Of a stretch of DNA of 64,000 nucleotides, positions 52,501-60,602 are shown piece by piece. Made by a program: the position numbers and the translations under genes. The notes beneath the pieces were generated by a model. It was not told the origin of the DNA, did no database searches, and was given only the letters and a program-made list of their open reading frames with translations. Numbering within the stretch: position 1 is the stretch's first letter; each line of letters opens with the position of its first letter. Source of the DNA: Myxococcota bacterium (GTDB lineage Bacteria; Myxococcota_A; Bradymonadia; UBA7976; UBA1532); contig JAYZEG010000058.1 in assembly GCA_036337435.1 (NCBI GenBank), positions 247,025 to 311,024 on the forward strand. Reading direction: 5' to 3'.

Positions 52501-55255
52501 ACATAATCTTGCTGTGACCGTGACTGACGGCTGTTCGAACGTCGGCAGCGTCAGCGGCTTTGCTCAGGTCAATGGCGTTGACGATTGGACCCAGCCGATA
52601 GCGGTCCCCGTTTTGGTCGACACCATCGCGCCCAATTTGAGCATAGACGGTTTGCTTGATGGGGCGATATTAACCGCTATTGACGATGCGGATGCCAACT
52701 CTGCTAACGGTTTTCAGGTCGACTTAGTCGCGCAATTGGATGCCGCTGCTCCAATCGAAGAAGGTGAACAGATTGATCTCACCATCAACGGTGCGCCAGC
52801 CGAAACATCGCCAAGTCCACTGCTTGCCCCAGCGGCAGGCCAAATTGTCGCTCCTGTTCGTGTGACATTATCGCCGGGCGTGCAAACGATGCAGCTTTCC
52901 GCGGCTGACGTTTGCGGTAATGCAGGTACATCGGCGACTGTATCCGTCGAGTTGCAGATTCCTGGTTGCACCAGCAACATTGGCGGCTTTGATACAAATC
53001 CAGCCATCCTTGGTGCTGCAGATGGTATCAGGAGTGGCAATGAGTTGACTTTGGATATCAACGGTCGAGTTGATCTACTGGATCAGGCCTGTGTAGGCGC
53101 ACAAATTCTACTCTTAGTTGACGGCGAGCAGGTCGCCGACTCGGTGGTGCCAGACGGTGGCGTGATTTCATTTCCTGCAGTCACTTTTATCGAAGGGCAA
53201 CGAAACGTAAGGTTTCGGGTTCGAGCAGCTGATGACAGCACCCTAGATTCTCCGAATCAGGCTCTTTCAGTCGACCTCTCAAGCCCGACGTTGTCTGTCG
53301 TGCAGCCTCTCGATGGTGCCTCGTTGCTGACCGATTCCGACGCTGCGACAGCGGGACAGCAGGCTCTCATTCAAGTCAACGTTACGGAGAATTCTGTTGT
53401 CACAGCGAGGACTGCTCTGCTCCGAGTTGATGGTGCCGCAATCGGCGAGCCAATCGCCATTAATTCGGATAGCCCGACATTGGTTAACTTCGCGGGTGTG
53501 ACCCTGAATGCGGGTAACCGTTCGTTGCAGCTCTGTGTCACAGATGAAGCGGGGAATGCTGGCTGTGCAAATTGGTCGGTTAACGCAGATCCCGCTGCGC
53601 CATCGGCCGTGAGTGACCTCCTTGGACAAATTAATGACAGACGGTCGACGGATGTGAGCTTGACGTTTACGGCTCCCGGCGATGATGGTGATGCCGGCGG
53701 ACAGGTTCTACAGTATGCAGTACGACGCGCTGACGCGGCTATTGGTGACGAGAACGCATGGCAGAATGCCGCCTCATCAGAGCTCGTGGTTCCGGCTACT
53801 CTCGCCCCGGGCGGCCAAGAGCTAATTTCTTTGACGGGTGTCGGACCAGGACCGGCCATTCAAGATGGGCTTCAGCAAAATAAAATTCATCATCTTGCTG
53901 TGAGAGCGATGGATGATGCTGGACGGATGAGCGAAATCAGCCAAGTCGTTGTCGATCTGACCATGAATCAGAGAACCGCCAACGTTGAACCGATTTTGGG
54001 ACAGTTGGATGACAGCGACTTTTTCAATCAAGGATCTCAGATTATCGGGGCTGGAGATTTAGATGGGGATGGTCTCAATGACACTTTGGTGGTCGGCTCT
54101 CAAGCGGCTGCATCTGTTGCATCATTGATCTTCGGTGCATTAGATCAGGATGCTCTAACGGTGCTTCCCCTCGAGATTCCCGATTCAATTCTTCAAGGTT
54201 TCTTCGGGCTCGGCGCAGCGAATATTGGTGACGTCAATGGTGATGGTGCAGCTGACTTTGCTGTCATTGGCGTGCAAAATGGGTTTGCTGGGTCCGCCAT
54301 TGTCATTTATTTTGGTTGTGATGGTGCTTGTGATCGCTCGACCCTCGCTACACCCGATGCGTTGATCACGGCAAACAACGGCCGATTGATTAGCGTTGTT
54401 GCCGCAGCCGGCAATTTTAATCAGCGTGCTGGAGATGGTGCGAGCTTGGGCGATATTTTTCTCGGTGGGAGTATCTCAGCTCAGCAAAACCCAACGACGG
54501 CCTTTGTGGTGTCCGGCCGGGCCGATTGGCCGGTGCTACCAGACTCGATTGTTCTCGATGATGATCCTGCAAATAGCAGCGATGGTGTCATCGTCTTGAC
54601 TGTTCCAGATGGCAAGGCCGGTTATGCTGGCGCGAGTGCCGGGAATATCAGTGGTGATGCACGCGATGACCTGGTTTTTAGTGCCGGTAATCCCAGTGTC
54701 ATCTACCGATTCAATGGGGGCGTAGATTTGCCCGACTCAATTACCTATGTCCCTAATAATCCGGACACCGCTGTGGTCCCTCATGTGTGTTCTGCAGACC
54801 CCGATGGATACGGTGAGCACATCATTGGTGGGAAAGACCTGGATGGAGATCCAGGGGGAATCGCTAACTTTGCGGTTGCCGACGGCATCAACCGCCGGGT
54901 GGTGGTTTTTGATGAAAATGACCAACCTATCGATTGCTTTGGCCGCAGTCGGGCTCTATTTGGAAATGTTTTCGACTTTGCTGGTGATTTAGACGGTGAT
55001 GGTTTTGAGGATCTGATCGTCACACATGCTGATACCGATGCAGATGCGTTTGTTTTCTATAACGATGGTCTGGGCCAATTCGGGGACGGAGCAGCCGAAG
55101 CCCCCCGTGGGGCGCACATTATCTTCGATGAACCGGATCTACCAAAAATCGGTGTCGCAGGACTTGGAGATACAAACAATGACGGCCGGGATGATGTCGG
55201 AGCCGTTGTTAAACAACCTGGAGATGTCGATCTCCAGCTGATTATTTATCAGTAG
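49535..55255 (+). CDS. Large secreted lipoprotein: tandem Ig-like domains, Fn3-like domain and FG-GAP repeat propeller
   Basis: Start placed at ATG 49535 (GGAG RBS), giving a signal peptide with lipobox ALG-C. Repeated D..AP and DxAGN Ig motifs, SLTFTAPGDDG (Fn3), and several GDLDGDG..D FG-GAP repeats. Confidence 0.82.
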   Translation: MFGSFWKNWLSYPLFVIGALALGCDDSSGPNLPPQPDAGNLNQVVILAPTNNAELTATDDLDGDVTNGLQFKVSLDISLVSDGTLQLNVGDSMPQVVDVESGPIELDASVPFDRNGSYPISAVLTPAEGDPVSAEIRVQVRSFACSITVNPQPSGVGCDLGASADEDSVAPGFQTTLSAQTSCPEVVFTVNNLPAITAQTVDGVANQQVTLRDGENTITISANDGLADPTVVGPYPLSVRTTGPQFELNDFNGGRVNTRLIAEGEQDGGLIYWAIQGRANGVEPGARVQLSFEPALDNAPADARVDENGQFRFEVAVARGAFYSGDLTLSATDICGEAGESDAYTIRLDAVVPTAQIIEPSDGSLLVFSLDLEPTRAGAQIPVSIDLIDPRPSDVDYPISIECAAVSGSPVFVDRARGPGDAINRSDLLDDDPTNDAVIVTFQQSEQGEFICRTVIGGTSNPSTAREVVWRAFFDRPSFSLFTPARAPSCVRSDEVDFAGTGMDLDGNQPALSATITSPQLDDDLVVGFEPRGGERYGFALDALELPDGEYAVSLSGQVLGQVDVDIEPQEFSVIVDRQGPTVSILSPDASATFVDEDPATAGTQSGLRFEVCGAGGQELNITTLPALAGSPYIVNIPADAECSTVSLPPTTVPLGDVLITAGVTDRCNVQASASMTASISPSARESRILTPTPGFVNANSDTDNNRAGCQFELTAVGQGMAEGAEFFVCTNVQQTAPIGQCNGASSALAGACRITGSTENGAQVACPLTLVDGQHDITFVGIFGDRVESAPVALNIDCQAPSVTQLTLVDDADNDGCINQMERRNQGAPGTAAQFQVRVQTEGFEDGQVIRLLTEDGVSQGSVALVNNQGNITVQLAEGTRTLNVTGSDLAGNSVATEGVDVVTLPLQVDTTAPTPSLTNIVQAACLNATADEDENTAGLQYSVQINTGREQNDTVTARMVLDGIEIATQQAQTDTVDFAAQTFAEGAHNLAVTVTDGCSNVGSVSGFAQVNGVDDWTQPIAVPVLVDTIAPNLSIDGLLDGAILTAIDDADANSANGFQVDLVAQLDAAAPIEEGEQIDLTINGAPAETSPSPLLAPAAGQIVAPVRVTLSPGVQTMQLSAADVCGNAGTSATVSVELQIPGCTSNIGGFDTNPAILGAADGIRSGNELTLDINGRVDLLDQACVGAQILLLVDGEQVADSVVPDGGVISFPAVTFIEGQRNVRFRVRAADDSTLDSPNQALSVDLSSPTLSVVQPLDGASLLTDSDAATAGQQALIQVNVTENSVVTARTALLRVDGAAIGEPIAINSDSPTLVNFAGVTLNAGNRSLQLCVTDEAGNAGCANWSVNADPAAPSAVSDLLGQINDRRSTDVSLTFTAPGDDGDAGGQVLQYAVRRADAAIGDENAWQNAASSELVVPATLAPGGQELISLTGVGPGPAIQDGLQQNKIHHLAVRAMDDAGRMSEISQVVVDLTMNQRTANVEPILGQLDDSDFFNQGSQIIGAGDLDGDGLNDTLVVGSQAAASVASLIFGALDQDALTVLPLEIPDSILQGFFGLGAANIGDVNGDGAADFAVIGVQNGFAGSAIVIYFGCDGACDRSTLATPDALITANNGRLISVVAAAGNFNQRAGDGASLGDIFLGGSISAQQNPTTAFVVSGRADWPVLPDSIVLDDDPANSSDGVIVLTVPDGKAGYAGASAGNISGDARDDLVFSAGNPSVIYRFNGGVDLPDSITYVPNNPDTAVVPHVCSADPDGYGEHIIGGKDLDGDPGGIANFAVADGINRRVVVFDENDQPIDCFGRSRALFGNVFDFAGDLDGDGFEDLIVTHADTDADAFVFYNDGLGQFGDGAAEAPRGAHIIFDEPDLPKIGVAGLGDTNNDGRDDVGAVVKQPGDVDLQLIIYQ

Positions 55256-55272
55256 CCGTTAGGAGTGACCAA

Positions 55273-55449
55273 ATGTCTAAGAAAAAGGCTGAAATAAACC
55301 AAGAGGTCAAAGCGCAGGATCACCGTCGCCCGTACAAGGCACCCGACTTTATGTCATCCCTCGCATTTGAAAGAAAATCCCTCGCATGTAATCCAGCGAC
55401 GCGGAACGCCAGCCCGGCTTTTCCTGCACTCTGTTCCATGCAGTCCTAA
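55273..55449 (+). CDS. Putative RiPP precursor peptide (58 aa, not in ORF track)
   Basis: AGGAG RBS at 55261. Translation: MSKKKAEINQEVKAQDHRRPYKAPDFMSSLAFERKSLACNPATRNASPAFPALCSMQS*. It has a YxxP motif and exactly fills the gap between the flanking genes. Confidence 0.8.
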   Translation: MSKKKAEINQEVKAQDHRRPYKAPDFMSSLAFERKSLACNPATRNASPAFPALCSMQS

Positions 55450-55464
55450 CCAAAAGTCAAACCG

Positions 55465-56229
55465 ATGAGTCGTCTTTACATTGGGCCAATCGAGATCCGT
55501 TTGAACGGAACTGGATATAGCCACTTTTTGACTCAATATGATTTTGGACCATTTGCGCGTAAGCGACCTGTCGAGAGAACCATAGAGCTGACTTTTGGTG
55601 AGAAACATGATGTCCGGCTTGACGTAGCCTCTTTCATCTATCGCCGACATGACCTGAGTTTTATTGCCCACGAGCGGCGATGCTTAGCTTGGGTTTCCGG
55701 CGATATATCGGGTTTTCTTGCATGCTTAGAATTGGCCTTGTTTATTGGAGTAAGCCAGCTCGGTGGCGTCTTAATGCACGCATCAGTGGGTGTTCTTGAC
55801 GACGAAGCCTGGCTCATGCCGGGTCCATCAGGCACAGGGAAATCAACAGCGATAAACGGTGGATTTGACCGAATCCTAAGCGATGAACGTGTGATTCTGG
55901 TCAAAGAACACCGCGGCTATCGTGTTTGGGGTACACCATTTTGGAGCGACGGCCGTTGCTGGCCGTTGGATGTGTCCAGTGGCGTATTAGCGGGAATCAT
56001 CAAGTTGGTTCAATCTCCGACGCTGGCCCGCTGTGAGTTAGACAGGATAGAGATGATCGAGTGGGTCATGCGCTCTGTCATCATGTATGGTGAATCTGCA
56101 GTCAACGCGGATGACTTAATGACATTTGTTGTTCACATGGTGGACTCAACAGAACGAATCCAAGTTTCGTTTCCAAAGGAGGGGTTATGGGCAACTTCGA
56201 TGCTCAGTCAGATTGGTCTGGCTTCGTAA
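55465..56229 (+). CDS. HPr kinase-like P-loop protein (ScmC-like, RiPP-associated kinase)
   Basis: MHAS...GPSGTGKST...LSDERV...WGTPFW, matching the HPrK His, P-loop and acidic motifs. Confidence 0.75.
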   Translation: MSRLYIGPIEIRLNGTGYSHFLTQYDFGPFARKRPVERTIELTFGEKHDVRLDVASFIYRRHDLSFIAHERRCLAWVSGDISGFLACLELALFIGVSQLGGVLMHASVGVLDDEAWLMPGPSGTGKSTAINGGFDRILSDERVILVKEHRGYRVWGTPFWSDGRCWPLDVSSGVLAGIIKLVQSPTLARCELDRIEMIEWVMRSVIMYGESAVNADDLMTFVVHMVDSTERIQVSFPKEGLWATSMLSQIGLAS

Positions 56230-57413
56230 AGTCGGCAATCGAGAATACCATTCCCTTTACTGTTCATTGGGATTTAACCTGGCGCTGTGACCACAAATGC
56301 GTCCATTGCTATCTGACAGATCGGCGCAAGCCGGAACTCGATGTAGACGAAAGTATCGCCGTACTGGACCAGCTTGTTGACGCGGGCACCTTGTCGATTC
56401 TTTTCAGCGGCGGTGATCCGTTTCTGCGGCCTGATGGAATTGATATTATGCGGGCGGCTCGTCAACGAGACTTCGATGTCCGGATCAACACTCATGGGAA
56501 TTTTATCGACGATGCCATGGCCGACGAACTCGCCCGAATCGGTGTTGCAAGGGTCAGCTTGTCTGTCTACTCAGCAAATGCCAGCGAACACGACGCGGTT
56601 ACGCTCATCCCGGGCAGTCATCAGAAAACATTGGATGCGGCTAGGCGGCTGGTTGCTCGCGATGTCGCAGTCAACTTCAAGACACCGGTCATGGTTCAAA
56701 ACCGAGACTCTTATCAGACCGTTGGGCCGATAGCGGAAGACATTGGTGCATCTTGGGAATTGGATGCTCACATCGTCCCCGATGACCAAAGTGACTTTGG
56801 TCTCTGCTCAATCGGTGTTCATGATGGCGAACGCGTGCTCGCGATGATGCATCAAGTCGCCGAACGAAGGAACATGGTTACTCATTGGGCGAACATGCCC
56901 GATGCGTCGTCGACGGCACGCACCTGTGGTGCTGGCACAGCGATGGCCTATATTTCCCCCGATGGAATTCTCTATCCCTGTCTTAACTGGCGGGATCCAA
57001 TCGGCGACCTTCGGGAGAACTCCTTTAAATCTCTATGGCGGGACAGTGCCGCGATTAAACGGCAAAGAGAAGTGACTCGTGCCAGTTATGAGAGCGACTG
57101 CGGAGGCTGTAGTTTTCAGGGAAAGTGTCATTACTGCCCAGGAATATCCCATGCTGAGCATGGTTCAGCTGGTCGCCGAAGTGCGTATGTCTGTGAACGA
57201 ACACACCTCACGATGACGGCTTTCGAACACTTAGAATACTTAAATCAGGTGGGTCAGCCAATTCCGAAACCAGGTTCGCCAGAAGCCGTTGATATTTTGA
57301 GTCGAACAACTTTTGCCAAGCGTCAATGGTCTGCTCGAAAGGCCGGTGTTGCTCGGCCCTCAGACCAAGTGCGCCCCAATCTCTTTCAAATTCTTGAGCC
57401 AGGTCAACGTTGA
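56187..57413 (+). CDS. Radical SAM/SPASM peptide maturase
   Basis: CDHKCVHC, FSGGDPF, and SPASM cysteines CGAG..ISPDG..YPC...CGGC..KCHYCPG...C. AAGGAGG RBS. Confidence 0.92.
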   Translation: MGNFDAQSDWSGFVKSAIENTIPFTVHWDLTWRCDHKCVHCYLTDRRKPELDVDESIAVLDQLVDAGTLSILFSGGDPFLRPDGIDIMRAARQRDFDVRINTHGNFIDDAMADELARIGVARVSLSVYSANASEHDAVTLIPGSHQKTLDAARRLVARDVAVNFKTPVMVQNRDSYQTVGPIAEDIGASWELDAHIVPDDQSDFGLCSIGVHDGERVLAMMHQVAERRNMVTHWANMPDASSTARTCGAGTAMAYISPDGILYPCLNWRDPIGDLRENSFKSLWRDSAAIKRQREVTRASYESDCGGCSFQGKCHYCPGISHAEHGSAGRRSAYVCERTHLTMTAFEHLEYLNQVGQPIPKPGSPEAVDILSRTTFAKRQWSARKAGVARPSDQVRPNLFQILEPGQR

Positions 57414-57850
57414 TGTTGCCGCTCGATGCCGCAATAACGGCTTCTTTATCCAACGAGCTTCTCGCGAAGGGTGAGTCGATTCAGTTTGTGGCGAGGGGAC
57501 AATCTATGTGGCCGTTCATTATCGATGGCGACACCGTTCTCTTGGAACCTCTCGTTCATCAACCGTGCGTTGGTGACGTTGTCTTACTCAAGAAAACGGA
57601 AACTGGTCCCTTACATCGTGTGGTTGCAGGGCCTCACCAGGGTCGTTTTCGAGTTTGGGGGGACGCGCTGCCGCGTCCGGATGCATGGGTACGAGCGGAT
57701 GAAATGCTGGGTCGATTGGTTCGGAGACAACGTGATGGAGTTGATAAAACCGTCTATGGTGGGTTCCAGGCCGTTCTCATGGCCAGAGTGCTCGGTACGT
57801 CTCGCCGGTTTATTTCAAAAATTAAACGCGGGTTTCTTGGAAGCCGATAA
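57413..57850 (+). CDS. S24/S26 family (signal peptidase-like) peptidase, no TM anchor
   Basis: GQSMWPFI.DGD (catalytic Ser), GDVV, LHRVV (His base) and WGDALPRPD. TGATG overlap with the rSAM gene. Confidence 0.8.
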   Translation: MLPLDAAITASLSNELLAKGESIQFVARGQSMWPFIIDGDTVLLEPLVHQPCVGDVVLLKKTETGPLHRVVAGPHQGRFRVWGDALPRPDAWVRADEMLGRLVRRQRDGVDKTVYGGFQAVLMARVLGTSRRFISKIKRGFLGSR

Positions 57851-57871
57851 GACTTCGGTCAACATAGGCAT

Positions 57872-59410
57872 ATGGCAAATTCACTCGTAATCAATTGTAG
57901 TCCACACGAAACTCGCATTGGGGTCATCGAAAACAACAAAGTTGTGGAATTGATGATCGAACGAAGAAAAACCACGGGCTTGTTGGGCAATATTTATAAG
58001 GGTCGAGTCACACGAGTCCTACCCGGTATGCAGGCAGCTTTTGTCGACATTGGGCTTGAGCGCGCAGCGTTTTTATATGTCGCCGACGTAACGGACGCGA
58101 GACGCAGTCGCAGTTCATCAAACTCAGTGTCCGATACAAGGGCTGAAAGTTATCATCCGCCCATTCAAAATTTGTTGCACGAAGGGCAGGAGATTATGGT
58201 CCAAGTCTCCAAGGAACCTTTAGGGACGAAGGGGGCCCGTGTCACGAGTAATGTCAGTATTGCCGGTCGACATCTGGTTTATATGCCGACAGTTGAGCAT
58301 GTCGGGATCAGCCGGCGCATTTCCGATGAGGAGGAGCGTAGACGTCTAAGAGAAGCCCTTGAGACATTGGTTCCTCAAGGTGGCGGGTTTGTCGCTCGGA
58401 CGGCAGCGGAAGGTCGGAGTCTCGAAGAGTTGGGCGCGGACGTGGAATTCTTAAGCCAGGTCTGGAACGACATCGTTAATCGAATGGAGAATAGTGCAGC
58501 TCCGGTCACGCTTTATGACGACCTAGATTTGCTCTTAAGGTCGGCGAGAGACCTGGTTATGCCCGACCTAGAAGAGATCGTTATCGATGATGAGGTCGAA
58601 TTTTCTAGGCTTTTAGATTTCATGCGTCGCTTTATGCCGCGCTACGCCGAGCGGGTCGTTCGATTCGATGGTGACGGACCAATTTTTGATCACTATGGTG
58701 TCGAGATTGAACTCAACCGGGCTTTATCCAGAAAGGTTTGGCTTCCCAGCGGGGGGTACTTGATTATCGATCAGACTGAAGCTTTGACGGCCATTGACGT
58801 CAATACGGGGCGGTTTGTTGGTAAGAGAAATTTGTCAGAAACCATTTTAAAGACCAATGTCGAGGCCGTGACAGAGGTCGTTCGGCAACTTCGCCTTCGC
58901 AATATTGGGGGTATCATTGTCATCGACTTCATCGATATGGAGTCGCCCAATAATCGACACCGTGTTTATGCAGACCTCGAGTTGGCCTTAGAGAGTGATC
59001 GCGCCCGAACCAATATTCTCAAAATCAGTGAGCTAGGCCTTGTAGAAATGACTCGTAAACGGGTTCGAGAGTCGCTTGTGAGGTCGGTTTCTGAGTCGTG
59101 CTTTTACTGCGACGGCACAGGTCTTTTAAAGAGCCGGACAACCATTGCACATGAAGTCTACCGCACGCTGCTCAGAGAAGGCCCGTCCATGCGCACGAAG
59201 ACCATACGGGTTTCCGTACATCCGCGTGTTTCTACGAGTTTTCACGCCGATGAGCGTGTGTTGATAGACGAACTTGAATCGAGACTCGAGAGGACCATTC
59301 GATTAGAAAGTCGATCAGATTTTCACATCGAACACTTCGAGATCTCGGCTATCGACCAATCTGAAATGGTCGTTGGTCGAAAAATCACAGGCTCCGCCGG
59401 CGACCGCTGA
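57872..59410 (+). CDS. rng: Ribonuclease G (Rne/Rng family)
   Basis: GNIYKGRVTRVLPGMQAAFVDIG, KEPLGTKGAR, TEALTAIDVNTG, RLRNIGGIIVIDFIDM and the CxxC Zn-link. No RNase E scaffold region. Confidence 0.92.
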   Translation: MANSLVINCSPHETRIGVIENNKVVELMIERRKTTGLLGNIYKGRVTRVLPGMQAAFVDIGLERAAFLYVADVTDARRSRSSSNSVSDTRAESYHPPIQNLLHEGQEIMVQVSKEPLGTKGARVTSNVSIAGRHLVYMPTVEHVGISRRISDEEERRRLREALETLVPQGGGFVARTAAEGRSLEELGADVEFLSQVWNDIVNRMENSAAPVTLYDDLDLLLRSARDLVMPDLEEIVIDDEVEFSRLLDFMRRFMPRYAERVVRFDGDGPIFDHYGVEIELNRALSRKVWLPSGGYLIIDQTEALTAIDVNTGRFVGKRNLSETILKTNVEAVTEVVRQLRLRNIGGIIVIDFIDMESPNNRHRVYADLELALESDRARTNILKISELGLVEMTRKRVRESLVRSVSESCFYCDGTGLLKSRTTIAHEVYRTLLREGPSMRTKTIRVSVHPRVSTSFHADERVLIDELESRLERTIRLESRSDFHIEHFEISAIDQSEMVVGRKITGSAGDR

Positions 59411-59828
59411 GAAGAGCACACAATTCTGTATAGGCTGTGTTTAATTCTTGGCTGCGGGTGTGTGCAGCGCGTTCCGCCGCCGGATCATGAGCAAACAGGT
59501 CCGGGTGATTTTTTCGCATGGCTTTGCGCCAGGCTTGTTTCACTTCATCCAGAGACGCTCCAGGTTCTAGACCCAGGGTATGGTAGTACGAATTCGCGTT
59601 TCTAGCCCGATCGACATGGGTGTGTGCGCGCTGAGCCTCATCCTGCATTCGTCGGACCCAAACCCACAGCTCTTCTTCTAAATTGATGAGCCAAGATTCA
59701 ACATTTTCCCGCGATTCCTTAATTCGGTCGGTCACCTTGTCAACCTGACGTTGAACTCTGGGTTGTGACAGTATGAACTGTCCTGCGGATCGCCCTAATT
59801 TGGCGACGATGTCCTTAAATTTACTCAC
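59385..59828 (-). CDS. Protein with C-terminal DnaJ domain
   Basis: YYHTLGL..ASLDEVKQAWRK..NHPD...LNTAY. Confidence 0.85.
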   Translation of the reverse strand: MSKFKDIVAKLGRSAGQFILSQPRVQRQVDKVTDRIKESRENVESWLINLEEELWVWVRRMQDEAQRAHTHVDRARNANSYYHTLGLEPGASLDEVKQAWRKAMRKNHPDLFAHDPAAERAAHTRSQELNTAYTELCALLSGRRRSL

Positions 59829-59857
59829 GTCTGCGTTCCAAATTCGACATCATTTGC

Positions 59858-60541
59858 CTAGGAGATCCGCTCGGTCACGGTGAGTCCATGCCGATCATAG
59901 GTTCGGCCGCACTCCTCGCAAGTACAAGATTCTTTACCATCGTGCACGCCAAAGGCGAGCCGCTCCCCACAAAAGCAGGCCCAGCCCTGCAAACGTGCAG
60001 GGTTTCCGTAGACCAAGCCGTAGTCTGGTACATCTTTTGTTACGACAGCCCCCGCTCCGACCAGAGAATATTGCCCGAGTGTATTTCCACAAACCACCGT
60101 TGCGTTCGCACCAATGGATGCGCCGCGACGAACGCGCGTCTCGAGATATTGTCCACGTCGGGGATATGCACTTCGCGGTGTTCCAACATTTGTAAACACC
60201 ATCGATGGTCCACAAAAGACATCGTCTTCGAGAATTACACCCGAGTAGACCGAGACATTGTTTTGGATTTTGACGTTATTTCCGATTAAAACATCGCGCT
60301 CGATGACGACGTTTTGACCAAAGCTACAGTTTTGTCCGATAGTCAGCGGACCCAGCAACTTACTGAAGTGCCAAATCTTAGTTCCATGGCCAATGGTCAC
60401 ATCACCATCTATAACAACTGATTCGTGTACAAAGGCTTTTTCCTCACCGTTCAGATTCTCGGTCACAGGGGGTCTCCGCATTCGGTTTAGTATTTCGTTC
60501 AGGCGTTGTTTGAACGCTGATATCTTGAAGGAACTGGACAA
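59858..60541 (-). CDS. Hexapeptide N-acetyltransferase (WbpD-like, sugar-nucleotide acetyltransferase)
   Basis: GTKIWHFS, VKIQNNVSVY, VFCGPSMVFTNV..PRS, GASIGANAT, GNPAR and a C-terminal CxC..CxxC. The true start may be downstream of 60541. Confidence 0.88.
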   Translation of the reverse strand: MSSSFKISAFKQRLNEILNRMRRPPVTENLNGEEKAFVHESVVIDGDVTIGHGTKIWHFSKLLGPLTIGQNCSFGQNVVIERDVLIGNNVKIQNNVSVYSGVILEDDVFCGPSMVFTNVGTPRSAYPRRGQYLETRVRRGASIGANATVVCGNTLGQYSLVGAGAVVTKDVPDYGLVYGNPARLQGWACFCGERLAFGVHDGKESCTCEECGRTYDRHGLTVTERIS

Positions 60542-60602
60542 CCCTGTCCATGATCATCGCCCAGAGTAGGTGCTTTGTCGCGTCCCAACAACCCAGGCCG
60601 AT

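Noticed and set aside
55354..55671. 105-aa minus-strand ORF over the precursor region
   Set aside because: It is an antisense shadow of the precursor and kinase genes, with no recognisable motifs.
46546..57413. Mycofactocin or PQQ biosynthesis
   Set aside because: The precursor lacks IDGxCGVY (MftA) and ExxxY (PqqA), and there are no mftD/E/F or pqqB/C homologues in the window.
49016..57850. Lasso peptide cluster
   Set aside because: Despite YxxP, an RRE and a kinase, there is no asparagine-synthetase-like cyclase or B2 protease, no Thr at -2 of the proposed core, and no Asp/Glu at core positions 7-9.
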